A stretch of DNA of 64,000 nt, from NCBI GenBank assembly GCA_030295235.1, contig AP026123.1, positions 744,001-808,000 of the forward strand, written 5' to 3'. The notes under the pieces are model-generated. The model was given only the letters and a program-made list of their open reading frames with translations. It was not told the DNA's origin and made no database searches. This document shows, piece by piece, positions 38,628-51,035 of this stretch (position 1 is its first letter; each line of letters begins with the position of its first letter). The position numbers and the translations under genes are program-made. The stretch comes from Fistulifera solaris (taxonomy: Eukaryota).

Positions 38628-40678
38628 CTATGCAGCTATATCTCCATTGGGTATAAAATCGACATTTTCCGGAATCTTGTTGTCCGGTATAGCTTGTGTA
38701 CATGTTTCGGTCGCATGCCTCCACCATCGCTGTGAGGAGTGAATCTGTTTTCCGCCAAGTGCGTGCCCCATCCCCCTAAATAAGAAGCTTACCCTAGCAA
38801 CGAAAACTGACATCCAAACAAGTTGAGCAGTATTCGCAAACGACTACAGGGCGGGTTTGAACTTACTGGCAGAATCCGGAATATTTTTTAGGCTGTTTTC
38901 CTTCATGAGTGACTCAAAATAATGCTGTGGTGTCGCGAAGCCCAGTTCAGCGCCTTCCTGATCACTGTCAAAGAAAATTTTCCCGTACTTCACCAACATT
39001 TTGTCATCATCGTCTCGTTCTAACGAAAACCAAGATCTCTCATGGCGGTAGCAATAGTAGAATCATCGCATCCTTGACCAATAGCTGCTACTATGCGCGA
39101 TAATTTTATACGTTCTTCATCGGTCAGTCGCCTAGTTTGACCATAATCAATGAGACCTAGACGACCATCATCCAGTCTCAGTACGTTTCCGAAATGGCAA
39201 TCTCCATTGAATATCCCATCTTCAAAAATTTGCTTTCCATGAACGTCGACGAGAAGCTTCACGTATCGACGACATTTTTTAACCAGAAACTGCAGTCGAA
39301 GCTTACTCAACCAGCCAAGAGATTGTAAAATTTCCATGCTTCTTCCCTCCCCAGAGATGACTTCCTTCTTTCGTTCAGCCAAAAATTCAGTCGCCGTTCG
39401 CTGATCACCAAAAGCAGCATGGAGATCTTCTTGGATGGCTGTTATTAGTTTGGGTCCATTGAGCATTTCCATCACTAAGACTTCTTTGCAGCAGAGGCTC
39501 GTCAAAGGCTCCGGAACACACACTCTGTCTCTGTACGGCGAGTTCATCAAATTCTGTCGAACTTGCACCAAGGAGGCTGCTTCATTCTTGTAATCAAATT
39601 CAGTCATAACTCGTCTTTCCAGCTCATCCAAAATGCCATGCCATTGAGGAAGTGCCATTCGGCAAAGCCACCGGAAGACTTGAAAATCGTGGGCGAACCT
39701 GGCTTCGGCACCTGGGTGCATCACTTTTATGGCTACTGTTCTGCCCCCAGCGTAGTTATGATCGTTTCTGAGCTTTTCAAACCACTTCTTGCTCAAAACA
39801 GCCTTATGGACTTGACCAATACTGGCTGAGCCAAGGGCTTTCGGCTCGATGCTATCTAAAACATCGTCCATGTCCACGTCGAGCGAATCCTTTAGCGATT
39901 TCGATATTATGTCGCGTACACTTTCGATGGGCCACTGCGGAATGCTATCCTGTAAAGTCTCGAATAAATCAGTGTATTGATGTGGCATCATGTCGGGTCT
40001 AGCGGAAAGGACTTGTCCTATCTTAGCATAGAGACCACGAAGGTGAAGGATCAAATCTAGAGCGGGCTGAGCGTAGCGGTCGTGCAAGGCCGTATAGATG
40101 CGTTCCCGTTCCTCTTTGGTAGATTGTCGCATTCGCTTTAAACGCCATTGTGTGTGCATATAGTGACCCACAATGGGACCCGCGTGCATCCAAAAGTATG
40201 TAGCTCGTTTCAAGGGTTCTGAAGAACTCGCTTTGACAAATAAGGCTGCCGACAGGAAAAGCGCCGTCTGCGGCCCAGAAATGAATCGCTCATACTTTTT
40301 CCATTGTAAAGGAAGGCCCATAAAAGCGCACTTCCATTGAATCTTCTCTAACTTAGTCGGTATATCGCCGAGCTTGATCAGTGATTTCGGGTGACTTTCT
40401 TTCCGAAGAGCATCGCACCTGGCCTTGACTTCCGCCAATAAAGAGTTCCTTGATTCCGTGACTACAGTTTCTGCTTCCTGCTGTTGAATAACTACATTTT
40501 CGACGGCAGAAGAGCCGTTTGACTTTATTTCAGAACCGTGTTCCGAGGGTAAAGCTGCATTTCCGACTTTAATCATCGGGTTCTCCCACAATTTCAGCAC
40601 GGTCGGATCCGCTACAAGCAAACTCCATCTCGAACTCAAGATAAGGAAGTGCCACGTCCAGCGGATCGCAAACATCAT
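38628..40678 (-). CDS. ABC1/ADCK (UbiB-like) atypical kinase; frameshift ~39022, intron ~38865-38808
   Basis: GLYAKIGQVLS, LGSASIGQVHKA, VAIKV, EFDYKNEA, FNGDCHFGN, IDYGQ, VARVSFLFRGM. Confidence 0.92.
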
Positions 40679-41332
40679 TTCCGACCGAATTGGGAAGAAG
40701 AAAAGAAGATAACAGGGGTGATGAAAAAGGTCAGAGCTGACCACTCTCTCACATTCCCTTCACACTAAACAATCACGAGAAAACAGAAACCATCAAACAA
40801 AAAATCAAAGCAAAAAAGTTGAAACTGCGTTCAGCCGTCGCCCGTAAGGTTTACCAGGTGTGCCTTTGGCGGATAGATGACAGACGATAGTATCCCTTAT
40901 AAAGTCAAATACGGGGTACATTATTTGTATAAAATCATCAATAATTCGTGTCGCACCGTCGCACCTCTGTTGTGTTGCATGCCGCTTCGTCCGCGAAAAA
41001 GGCTGGCGCATAGTGCAAATCGCGAATGTGCCCAAAACACGTACTTTACATAACAGAAGAGGCGCAAGAGGTGCTAATGTCGGAATGTCACAATCTGAAA
41101 AATACTACGTTGCTGTATTCGTTCATTACAACAATGATGATAACGCATTTAGGGCGAATGGAAACGTGAAGCGCACGCCGACCCTCATCCCGCAAACCCG
41201 CGAACTGGTTTCACATTTTGTTGCCAATCGCGGCCACAATTTTGCAGCTTTCACGACCATTGCTTTCAATATCTTCTCGGCGTGAAATTAAAAGTTAAAT
41301 AGACTGAAACAAACAAGGATATAATCTTCATC

Positions 41333-43999
41333 ATGAAGTTCTCTGCTTTGAACAAGCTGGCCGTTCTGTCGACGTCCATTTCCATCGGGTATGCCGCGAA
41401 GACGGCCGACTACATCTCACGAAATGCCAACAGTTTGGCAGAAGAAGACGGAATGTTTTGGGGGCGTTTTCTTCAATCCGAAGGAAGTATGAGCGTCCCC
41501 CGAGACGAGGCTTGTGAGATCGAGCTTACCCAGACTTGCGTCTTGCAAGGGACGGACCAGCCTTGTGTTGACATTCAAGGAGAGGAGCGACCACAGTGCA
41601 GCTGTGATGATTGCGCACGAGAACTTCGTTTCAGATACACAGCTACTCCATGCAACGGATCTCCTGCTTGCATTGATTTCGGTGCGCTACCTCCATCCTC
41701 TGCGCGCATCAGTGTAACGGCAGGGGGGACAACGTATTTCAACGCGGACGTCACCGCAAACACTGACTTTGTCATCACCAACGCAAACAGCTGCTTGCCC
41801 GACACATTGGCAGTTTTCGTGACGGATCCGAGTACCAACACAGCGAGTCAAGCGGTTACCATCACGACAAACTGCGGCGCAAACGGTATCACGTTGCTTC
41901 AGTCTTTTGGGGCAGTGGTATTCTCCGGTTACTCTTGTTCCGCGAGCGACGTTCATAACTGTTTTGTGAACGGAGAGTGGGACTTCTGCGCCAACAACGT
42001 AGGAACAATCGATCTGACCATGACAAAGCTCGAAGTCAATGTCAATGGGGCTGTCATCGATCTCATTAGCGGCGTTGGAGAGGAAGACCTTGAGCTCCAG
42101 CCTGGCGAGGAATACTGCGCTGACACGACAACTGAATTTTTGCTTTGTGTGAGCGGTGTGTACGAGGTATCGGCAGTTGTGGAAGCCGACGATCAATCTG
42201 GGATTGGATGCGAGAGCGAGCTTAATGTATCTCTCCCTGTTACTGTCGGACCTCCCGTCCCTGCTCCTGTCCCGGTACCCGTGCCCATCCCGGCTCCTGT
42301 CCCCGTACCCGTCCCAATTCCTGCACCAGTACCTGCGCCCGTCCCGGCACCTGTATCTGACAGAACACCTTCACCCACCACGGAGTGCAATCTCTTTGTT
42401 GCTGCTGAATGTACCATTCAGTCGGGTCAATTCGAAGGTTTCTTGTGCGAGTCTCCGGGTATCGGAATCGAACCGTGCCTCCAACGTCCTACTGGCGCCA
42501 CCATGCTCTACAATGGTGGTGACTGCAGTCAGAGCGATAATCGCCAGTTCCTCAAGTTCACCTGCGAAGACATCGGAGATGGTCCTCCTACGGAAATCGG
42601 AACAGAGTCTTGGATTGTTGTCACCGATTTGACAGGCCAGATCGTGTACCACGAAGATTTTGTCGCGGTGGGAGATAATTATTTCCTCCGTACACCTCCT
42701 GACCAAGAGCGCTTTGTGCCGGATCAAATCATCAACATTTATAGCTCGTCGGATGCCACTGAAGCTACCTTGCTTCAAACCATGCAATACCACAGTTCCT
42801 GCTCCAGCAATCTCGAGTTAAAGAATCGTTTCGGAGCCAGTCAACTTGTTGAGTTCGTTAATGACCTTCAGGGTAACGTGACATGCTTCAACGATGCCAA
42901 CTTTGGGTTTGATATCGTTGTTCCAGTCGGAATTGATGGTGATGCTGCTGAAATTATTGCACTAACCGCCAATACCAACTTTGCCGGCTTCCTTGATTTG
43001 AGCGACCAAGTTGCTGGCCAGATCGTCCAACCGGGAGAATCCATTTCTGCTAACATAGTCACTACCTTCGATTTGACTGTTCGCCAGAGATACACGTTGT
43101 TGATTCAAGTTGTTGCGTCTGCCATTCCCTCTGGTACTGTGTGCACAGGTACCAATTTCACGGAGTTCTTGGCTGGCAACCCGTCCCCCATCGACAGCAC
43201 CACGACCGCACCTACTCGAGGTCCCACGTTATCCCCCGCGCCGACCCCGGACCCAGAGACCACGGCATGCAGTGTGGAAGGTGAATTAGTCTGCCAGACG
43301 CTCGATGAAGACGGCCGTGTAGTTAGCTTTTGTGATGACATCGGTAATCCTGCTGATAGTGTCTGTGGCGAAGACTTGGAAGCAACTGCCCTTGGATTTC
43401 GTTACATGGGAGGTGCAAGTTACCCCAATTCTACCTGGATCACGATTTCGGGAGGCCGTACTGGAACAGTTGTTAGCGAACGTGTCAACGTTGGTGGCCA
43501 AGTTTACGGCGAGGGTGACTTCCGCGGAGAAGCCTTCGTTGTTGTGAGCCAACTTAACGAAGGCGGCACTGGACCCGGAGAGCGAATTGAGCAGTTCCAA
43601 TTTGACACTAACTGCAGGGAAGGCGAAGAGGTTCTACGCTTGACGGACGTCTACGGTTCTCTTGTGCTTACTGACTACCGCAATGCCCTTGGACGACGAT
43701 CTAGCATCGCCAATGTGAGAATGCAGTACTTTGTTCGAAACTTGGAGGGCTTCCCAATGATCGCCGAAGACGCCTTGGTGAACAGCGACTTTCAGATTCT
43801 TGTTTCCGACTACATTCCTGACCCGACCGAGATTGAAGTTGGCCCGAGACAGCGCGTAATCGTGCACGAGGAAACAAGAGAGATCGACTTCGGCGCAAAG
43901 TATGCCAATAATGTAAATTTGACCTTTGCAATGAATGTGACCGGACGCGGTGAGCTCAGCTCGTTGCCTTGTTTTGACGCGTCCGACTACACCTTTTAA
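41333..43999 (+). CDS. Secreted Cys-rich/Pro-Val protein, paralog of 19624-21735 with an extra N-terminal Cys-rich module
   Basis: Intact 888-aa ORF; signal peptide; FWGRFLQ; C-terminal ~540 aa highly similar to the paralog. Confidence 0.9.
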   Translation: MKFSALNKLAVLSTSISIGYAAKTADYISRNANSLAEEDGMFWGRFLQSEGSMSVPRDEACEIELTQTCVLQGTDQPCVDIQGEERPQCSCDDCARELRFRYTATPCNGSPACIDFGALPPSSARISVTAGGTTYFNADVTANTDFVITNANSCLPDTLAVFVTDPSTNTASQAVTITTNCGANGITLLQSFGAVVFSGYSCSASDVHNCFVNGEWDFCANNVGTIDLTMTKLEVNVNGAVIDLISGVGEEDLELQPGEEYCADTTTEFLLCVSGVYEVSAVVEADDQSGIGCESELNVSLPVTVGPPVPAPVPVPVPIPAPVPVPVPIPAPVPAPVPAPVSDRTPSPTTECNLFVAAECTIQSGQFEGFLCESPGIGIEPCLQRPTGATMLYNGGDCSQSDNRQFLKFTCEDIGDGPPTEIGTESWIVVTDLTGQIVYHEDFVAVGDNYFLRTPPDQERFVPDQIINIYSSSDATEATLLQTMQYHSSCSSNLELKNRFGASQLVEFVNDLQGNVTCFNDANFGFDIVVPVGIDGDAAEIIALTANTNFAGFLDLSDQVAGQIVQPGESISANIVTTFDLTVRQRYTLLIQVVASAIPSGTVCTGTNFTEFLAGNPSPIDSTTTAPTRGPTLSPAPTPDPETTACSVEGELVCQTLDEDGRVVSFCDDIGNPADSVCGEDLEATALGFRYMGGASYPNSTWITISGGRTGTVVSERVNVGGQVYGEGDFRGEAFVVVSQLNEGGTGPGERIEQFQFDTNCREGEEVLRLTDVYGSLVLTDYRNALGRRSSIANVRMQYFVRNLEGFPMIAEDALVNSDFQILVSDYIPDPTEIEVGPRQRVIVHEETREIDFGAKYANNVNLTFAMNVTGRGELSSLPCFDASDYTF

Positions 44000-44145
44000 C
44001 ATGGATGGTTCTACGGTGTACAGAAATCGGCATGCGACCTTCACTGGCGCGGCTAGGTTATAACGCAACTCAATACTTGTTCCCTAAAGTAGGACATATA
44101 GAAATCGATTTACAAAGTTTTTAACATACTTCGACGTCGGACGAC

Positions 44146-45654
44146 TTATAGTTCATCTTTGAAGTACAAGTCATCGATTTCGTCTGCTTCAGGATCATCG
44201 TCCAAATTGCCGTCGACATCATCTTTGGGGACCGTCCTGATGTTATCGCTTTCAGCGCCATTTTGAAGCTCTATGTCGTCCATTATTTCCGAAAGAGGAA
44301 TGTCTTCGTATGTTTCTGAAGGTGCATCCTTTCCATCCCAAGCTTCCGTATCCATTACAGGAAACATGTACGGTAAGACTTGATTGGACGTGGCCCCGCT
44401 TGCCACCGAGTGTAGATAGGTCGAAATTCCTTTGTCACTGAACGAACCCTTGAACACCGAGAAGGCGGTACGATCCAGCGTAAAGGTTACCAGAGCAGGA
44501 AATCCAAAGTCGAGTTTCATGGCATCTTCCATACTCGGCTGAGCACCGGCTTCCACCCATAAAAAGGAGTACGTACTCCCCCGAAAAATGGTTTGCATCC
44601 TTGTCAGCAGCTCGATATATTTGTTCCTGCCATGGGCACCGGTCTCTGAAATATGCGGCAAAACACCGATGACACAAACGTGATTGTAACCTCGACAGTT
44701 GCTTTCGAGCGACTGCATTCCAAGTACCTGTTCCACTTGTTTCTTTTTCCCTGTCTTATCAATCTCTTTCAAAACAACAGCCGCTATTTCGTTACCCACA
44801 CGGTCTCCGGTATACTTGTAAGCTTTCTCGTGTGACTTTTGACCGCCGGGGAAAATCATAATCGTCGGAGTACTCTGAATGTTGTAAATTGTGACCAGAT
44901 CCGGCGCGAACTCCAAGTTGACCCAGACGGCTTTCGCAGACTCGCCGACTAAACGAGATCCTGTCTCTTCAAATTGTCTCTTTAACTTTCGACTGAATTT
45001 GCAGTTGGGTTTGACGAACGCCACGACGACGACATCCTCGCTCTTCATTACGATATCGTCATAGTTCGAAGCATCGGCTTCAATGTTCGTGCTACTGAAT
45101 TTGGGTTGCATATTGGATTCGTAAAGTTTCTTACGTCCTTTTCGGGAAAAACTGTCATGTATTTTGCGTTCGTCTCCCGTCCCCAACACCTGTTCGGAGC
45201 GACTCGTGATGGTTTTGCTGGCCGCCAGCAACATTTCCTCCAGAATCTTTTCGGGATCTCGTGCATAGGGCTTGTTTTTGTCGTCGGCTAGAATGATATA
45301 CGACGGAAGCGTATCGAGACCATAAGTCGCAGCAAACTGATTCCCTTGTGGCGTGGTGGCGTCCATCACCGCGACTTTGAAGATGCCTTTGACGACTCTC
45401 GCCAAATCTTTCCACGTGGGCGCGAGCATGTCACAAGCACGACAATCGTCTTCTCGGTACAACTGAATCGCCCATATTTCGTCTCCTCCTAACACTTGTC
45501 GTTTAAAGTCGTCGTACGAATCAAACTGTATGACATCGGTAACATTTGTGTAAGACGTCAAAGCATCTGTCGTTTGACGGCCGAGAAAGATCGTCAGAAA
45601 GAAAAAGACCAACTTGACACCCAGCAAAGTAATTCTTCCGGTGTCGACCGCCAT
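44146..45654 (-). CDS. PDIA6/P5-like protein disulfide isomerase with atypical active sites
   Basis: Signal peptide; two thioredoxin domains (CRAC, CKFS); P5-type LPHI...GFPAL...AWDGKD; acidic tail ending KDEL. Confidence 0.88.
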   Translation of the reverse strand: MAVDTGRITLLGVKLVFFFLTIFLGRQTTDALTSYTNVTDVIQFDSYDDFKRQVLGGDEIWAIQLYREDDCRACDMLAPTWKDLARVVKGIFKVAVMDATTPQGNQFAATYGLDTLPSYIILADDKNKPYARDPEKILEEMLLAASKTITSRSEQVLGTGDERKIHDSFSRKGRKKLYESNMQPKFSSTNIEADASNYDDIVMKSEDVVVVAFVKPNCKFSRKLKRQFEETGSRLVGESAKAVWVNLEFAPDLVTIYNIQSTPTIMIFPGGQKSHEKAYKYTGDRVGNEIAAVVLKEIDKTGKKKQVEQVLGMQSLESNCRGYNHVCVIGVLPHISETGAHGRNKYIELLTRMQTIFRGSTYSFLWVEAGAQPSMEDAMKLDFGFPALVTFTLDRTAFSVFKGSFSDKGISTYLHSVASGATSNQVLPYMFPVMDTEAWDGKDAPSETYEDIPLSEIMDDIELQNGAESDNIRTVPKDDVDGNLDDDPEADEIDDLYFKDEL

Positions 45655-46193
45655 TCTGTGATCAGATCGAAGCTTTTATATACCAATTACGACGAGAAAT
45701 CGGTTATCTTTGACTTTCAAATGCAAAAGATACGAACAAGGAAGAGTGATACGTTCTGGGCTCCACGCGGTCATCGGAAAAAGGAAAAAGTTCAAGTGCA
45801 AAGAAAAGAAACTGGCATGGATCCAAGATACCGTGACGCATGACTTTTGACTGAAGTGAAACCGAATGACTGCCAAAATGTTGTGGAGGTCTTTTAACGG
45901 TGAACGTTACGCTTGATAAAATTTCTTTTATGTACGAAAGACGGCATAAGAGTAGCTTAGCTGGACAATAAATCTTAATGTAGTGTCTACTTGACAAAAT
46001 ATCCGTTGAATTATCAACGGAACTCGTCCTTACTGTCAAAACATGTAATTTTGACATTTAGAGAGAATTGCACATGCAAAATCCGAATGCGGCGAAGGTG
46101 CGGCTTCTTTTCGAGAATGACGACCATTGAATGAATACACGATTGCTCGACTTCACTTTTGTCTAATTTTCTTTCTAAGAGCCATCGAGAACC

Positions 46194-47915
46194 ATGGTGT
46201 TCCGAAAAGCTACTTTGCTGGGGCTAGTCCAGTTGGTCCTCCTTGCGGCCGCCGATCCGTCGGCGTTCTTTGGAGGAGCCGATCATGAGGACTACATTGA
46301 TTGGGTGAATGAAGTTGGTTCCTCCAAATACACGGGGTCCTCCTTTTACCCATGGATACAGATAACACGCAAGGTCTCGCCGTGCACTGGAGTCTCGATG
46401 AAGAATACATTCATTTGGGCATCGCTGTTCGAGCCACGGGATGGGTCGGCTTTGGTCTTTCGGAGAATGGTGGGATGGAAGGTGCCGATATGATGATCTT
46501 CGAGACGGCAACTCCCGACAAACTCATGGATGCGCACGTCAAAGACGAGCGAGTTCCCGTACCCGACAAATGTCACAACTGGCATTTGGAGGAAGCGCAT
46601 TTTGGGAGGATTCTGGATTCATTATTGTGGAATTTCATCGTCTGTTGGATACGGGAGATACACAAGATCACCGTATTGTCAATGATGGACTCTTGGAACT
46701 CCCGGCTTCGCTCATTGTGGCGGCATGGGGCGATTCCGCGACGCATGCGTATCATGGGGAACAAAGAGCACGAGGAACGATTCGATTTTACAACAATGAG
46801 ATTGACGGAGATGAAGCTTTCGCCAACATTATGAAGCAAGAATCCATTGGATTTTTCGAGATGAAAGGCGACAACCATCCCATTCCGAATGTCGATACTG
46901 AATATTTTGATTATTGCTACTCGTGGGACGATCTCTTGGCGCAGGGGTTCCCGCCGAAAAGTTTTCCGTCGTAGGCTTTGAACCAATTCTCGATGCCATT
47001 GAACATCTTCACCACTTCACACTCTTCGGCTCGTACGAGCCCATGAACGGAGAGCCATGCTCCGCTTACGCTGATCATTTGGATCTTATTTACGGATGGG
47101 CGAAAGGAGAAGATCCGGCCGCTTTACCACTCGATGTAGGACTTTACATTGGACCTGGTACCTATCAAAGTTTCCGTTTGGAGATTCACTACGACAATCC
47201 TCAGCTGAAAGAAGGTGTCTTGGATAGCAGCGGTGTCCGATTTTATTACAGCGAAAAAATGCGCCCGGTCGAACTTGGATTGCTTCGTCTCGGTGATCCG
47301 ATCATTTCGTTGGAAGGCCAACCCGTCGGCGACGGCTTGACGCAGCACATCTTCGACTGCCCTTCAACTTGTACCGAGACCATGTTGAAACAAGAAGTCA
47401 CGGTTCTTCGCGAATATTTGCACATGCACTATGCAGGAGCCACGATGCAGAATGAACTCATTCGTGACGGTGAAGTCATTCACACCGGCACCGTTGACTA
47501 CTTCCGTTTCGACCAGCAGGGTAACCAACTTGTGAAGCAAATGCCATATACCGTCAAGAAGGGAGACGCGTACAGAACGATTTGCAACTACGATGACAAA
47601 GGAAGAAACGCCACGTTTGGATTTTCGTCTCAAGAAGAGATGTGCATTGTGTTTATCATGTATTACCCTAAGCAGATCCTCTTCGATTTCCTCCCTTGGG
47701 TATGCGCTGTGGACGTCGGCTTTGCGTCATGTGAGACTACCCATGAAAGCAAACAGATTGAGGCTCTACCACGTCGTTTTGGAAGAGAGCTGGATGAATG
47801 TCCCGAAGACAAACCGGTAACGGCGTCGACTTCGGCCACTTCGGGATCTCATTCCTTGGCTGGCGTGACAACCCTCTTGGCAAGCGTCGCCGTGGTCGTA
47901 ACCCTTCTCCTGTAA
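46194..47915 (+). CDS. DOMON + copper type II monooxygenase (DBH/MOXD1-like), probable GPI or C-terminal anchor; frameshifts ~46350, ~46600, ~46965
   Basis: GWVGFGLSENGGMEGAD, HLHHF, LEIHYDNP, DSSGVRFYY, HMH, EEMC. Confidence 0.92.
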
Positions 47916-48225
47916 AAATGAATCAACGTAAAGGAAGTAGCACAAGTTAATAAAAGAAAACGTAGTGTTGTTAGGTATTTGGCCGTATTTCGTCGGAATC
48001 GTGAATCAAAAGCAGTTGTGATTTCTTGTAGTCAGATCAAAAGGAAAGACCCCCATACTGCTTGGTGCGGGTCGGCGGAGTGTTACAAGCTGTTGTGTTT
48101 GAAGAAACAATTGGGATATCAGTCATCACGACGCATAGCTGACCAACTACGCCACTTGTACAACTGCAGGATCGAACAAGAAAATTTCTTATCAAAGTTG
48201 ACGTTATTATTTAGTTATGAAATTG

Positions 48226-48338
48226 GAGTGAAAGAATCAAACGGAAACCGAAGGAATGTTGTCGGCCAAATCGTCGCTTCGCAGCTCCACTTTGACGTCA
48301 TTACAATCAGTCGACTCCGTTGCGAGACAGTTTCACTC
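48226..48338 (-). promoter_or_regulatory. Candidate SECIS element in the 3' UTR of the PRXL2/SelU-like gene
   Basis: Minus strand ATGAC-gtcaaa...tttggc-CGAC core with flanking helices acggag.tcga/tcgg.ttccgt and gagtgaaa/tttcactc; folded by eye. Confidence 0.6.
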
Positions 48339-48364
48339 AATGCTAGAACGTTTGCGCCGGCATC

Positions 48365-49303
48365 TTATTGTAGGCTTGCGGTAGAGCCATTCATGGCCTG
48401 AACTGCTGTATCGATCACTTCGTTCATGTTTGCGTGTGACGCAGTTGAAGGGTCGTAATGCGCAAACAGAGTTTCGGGTCCCTTGAACACGAATGTACCT
48501 CCCTGCAGGAAAGCTTGATCTTGCTTCGGAGGTATGAAGAACGCTGCGAAATGTGACAAATAAAACGGAGTCAGTCCGCTGGTTTTATTCTACGACACAG
48601 GAAGCCAATCCAAAAAGCGGAACGGACTTACCTTTATTCCATTTCGATAAAACTTGGCCAAGTTCTTTCATGCCGTTTGGTTTGGTAAACCTGTCGAGGA
48701 AAGCAAACGGTGTTTCGATGTTGAAAAACGTTCGGTCGACGCCACGGCGAAGGCGAATCGCATCATAGAGAACATTTTCTGGATCAACAAATAGCAGGGA
48801 TTCTGCATCGGGAATCTCCAAGTGCTCCGCAAGGATCTTGCCTTTTCGGGTGTGCCAATGGAGACGAATACCAAGCCGACACCTTTCTGGTCGAGTTCAT
48901 GCTTCCTCTTACTCCATTGCAGCATGGACTCTTGACACAAGGGTCACCCGAGAGAACGGAAAAATACCACAATCGAAGTGTCTTTCCGTGGACGATCCGG
49001 TTCTCCTAGAATGTCATCAATGGTCACGCTTTGCCCTTTGATGTTGTAAATGTTCTTGTTACGAAGAGATTGCCTGATGTCGAAATCCAGCTTTATTTCT
49101 TCCGGAGGGTCTCCCGAGTATCGTACGGACTCGCCACAGCCACAATCCTCTTTCGTCGAAGCCATCGACACAAGCGGATGTTTCGGTGATGTGCCGGATG
49201 TACTTTTCGGGGCGTACGAAATCACAGAAAAAGAGTCCACGAGTTTGGGGCTGGCAAGTGCACAAAGCAGCGGCGCCAGTGCGCGAACCCTTGGCAGTCT
49301 CAT
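48365..49303 (-). CDS. AhpC/TSA-like PRXL2 (FAM213/SelU) protein with in-frame TGA in a UxxC motif; candidate plastid-targeted selenoprotein
   Basis: CGT TCT CTC GGG TGA CCC TTG TGT CAA = RSLG-U-PLCQ (TGA at 48946-48944); LVFVSIGT, VDPENVLY, QGGTFVF; intron 48631-48544; frameshift ~48830; signal ending DS|F. Confidence 0.82.
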
Positions 49304-49439
49304 TCGATGCACTCGCTTAGCAGATTGTTTTGTATCTCAATTTACAAAAAAAAAATATAATAACAATATCTCCGTCGTAGATAGCAGCAAGCCTTTTCGA
49401 CATTATGCAAGGATGACGCAGAGCGCAGATTATTGCTGG

Positions 49440-49870
49440 TTCACTGCTGAGATCGCATTGAGATCGCGACTGAAGTTCAGTCACGCTCCGAATAAGGTTA
49501 CAGTAGAACGGAAACAAGCTGGGCCACAAAAAGTGGTAGAACAAGATGTATAAACAATTTCAAGGCTTTTATGGGTGTCATGGTAGATTACGGTTTTCAT
49601 TTAAAACGCAACACATTGATTTACGCCTTCGAAAAGCTTCCGGATCGTTGACTGCCAGAATCACTATAGGATCAATGTGATGGTTTACGGAGATGGTGAT
49701 TGAAGTTCAGTCACGCTCCGATTACCGAAAACGAACAGAACGGCGACAAGCACGGCCACAAATGATAGTACATTAGGCATTATCAATTTAAAGTCTTGTG
49801 TGGGTGTCATGGTAGATTACGGCTTTCATTTGAAACGCAAGACATTGATTTACGTCTTCGAAAAAGCTTG
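49440..49870. repeat. Diverged ~230-bp tandem duplication; a third copy lies at ~51041-51195
   Basis: tgaagttcagtcacgctcc at 49471, 49701, ~51088; tgggtgtcatggtagattacgg at ~49572 and 49801. Confidence 0.85.
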
Positions 49871-49884
49871 ACGCAAAGCACATA

Positions 49885-51035
49885 ACGGAAAGCCCCAATC
49901 CCGACATCTCTGAAACGTGCACAGAATCTGTGTGTCACCTCAATCACCTGATCGAAAATATCTGGAAGTCTCGCAGAACTTCTGTACGACCCAAAACACC
50001 GGGTCTAGAATTTCTGGACCATCCACAGAATGTCTTTGTGACCGAATACCGATTCCAGAATTTCTGGAATATGGGAAAATGTTATCAAAAACCCAAACAC
50101 CGATTCCAGCATTTCTGGTACGTGCACCAACGCTCTATGCGACGCAAAGCACATCATCCAAACTATCTGGAAGTCTCACAAAAAGTTCTGCACGGCCCAA
50201 AACACCGATTCCAGAATTTCTGGAAAATGCACAAAACCCTTGTCTGACGGAAAGCCCCGATCCCGACATTTCTGAAACGTGCACAGTATCTGTGTGTCAC
50301 CTCAATCACCTGATCGAAAATATCTGGAGGTCTCGCAGAACTTCTGTACGACCCAAAACACCGGGTCTAGAATTTCTGGACCATCCACAGAATTTCTTTG
50401 TGACCGAATACCGATTCCAGAATTTCTGGAATATGGGAAAATGTTATCAAAAACCCAAACACCGATTCCAGCATTTCTGGTACGTGCACAAACGCTCTAT
50501 GCGACGCAATGCACCTGATCCAAACTATCTGGAAGTCTCGCAAAAAGTTCTGCACGGCCCAAAACACCGATTCCAGAATTTCCGGAAAATGCACAAAATT
50601 CTTTTCTGACGGAAAGCCCCGATCCCGACATTTCTGAAACGTGCACAGAATCTGTGTGTCACCTCAATCACCTGATCGAAAATATCTGGAAGTCTCGCAG
50701 AACTTCTGTACGACCCAAAACACCGGGTCTAGAATTTCTGGACCATCCACAGAATGTCTTTGTGACCGAATACCGATTCCAGAATTTCTGGAATATGGGA
50801 AAATGTTATCAAAAACCCAAACACCGATTCCAGCATTTCTGGTACGTGCACAAACGCACTATGCGACGCAATGCACCTGATCCAAACTATCTGGAAGTCT
50901 CACAAAAAGTTCTGCACGGCCCAAAACACCGATTCCAGAACTTCTGGAAAATGCACAAAATTCTTTTCTGACGGAAAGCCCCGATCCCGACATTTCTGAA
51001 ACGTCCACAGAATCTCTGTGTCTCCTCAATCACCG
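49885..51035. repeat. Higher-order tandem array, 362-bp unit = 7 x ~52-bp monomers, ~3.2 copies
   Basis: ccgacat at 49901, 50263, 50625, 50987; tctg(g/a) sub-period at 49961, 50013, 50063, 50114, 50166, 50219, 50271, 50323. Confidence 0.97.

Noticed and set aside
48085..48132. Second SECIS candidate (gtgatgac on minus strand)
   Set aside because: No complementary helix or 3' GA partner found.
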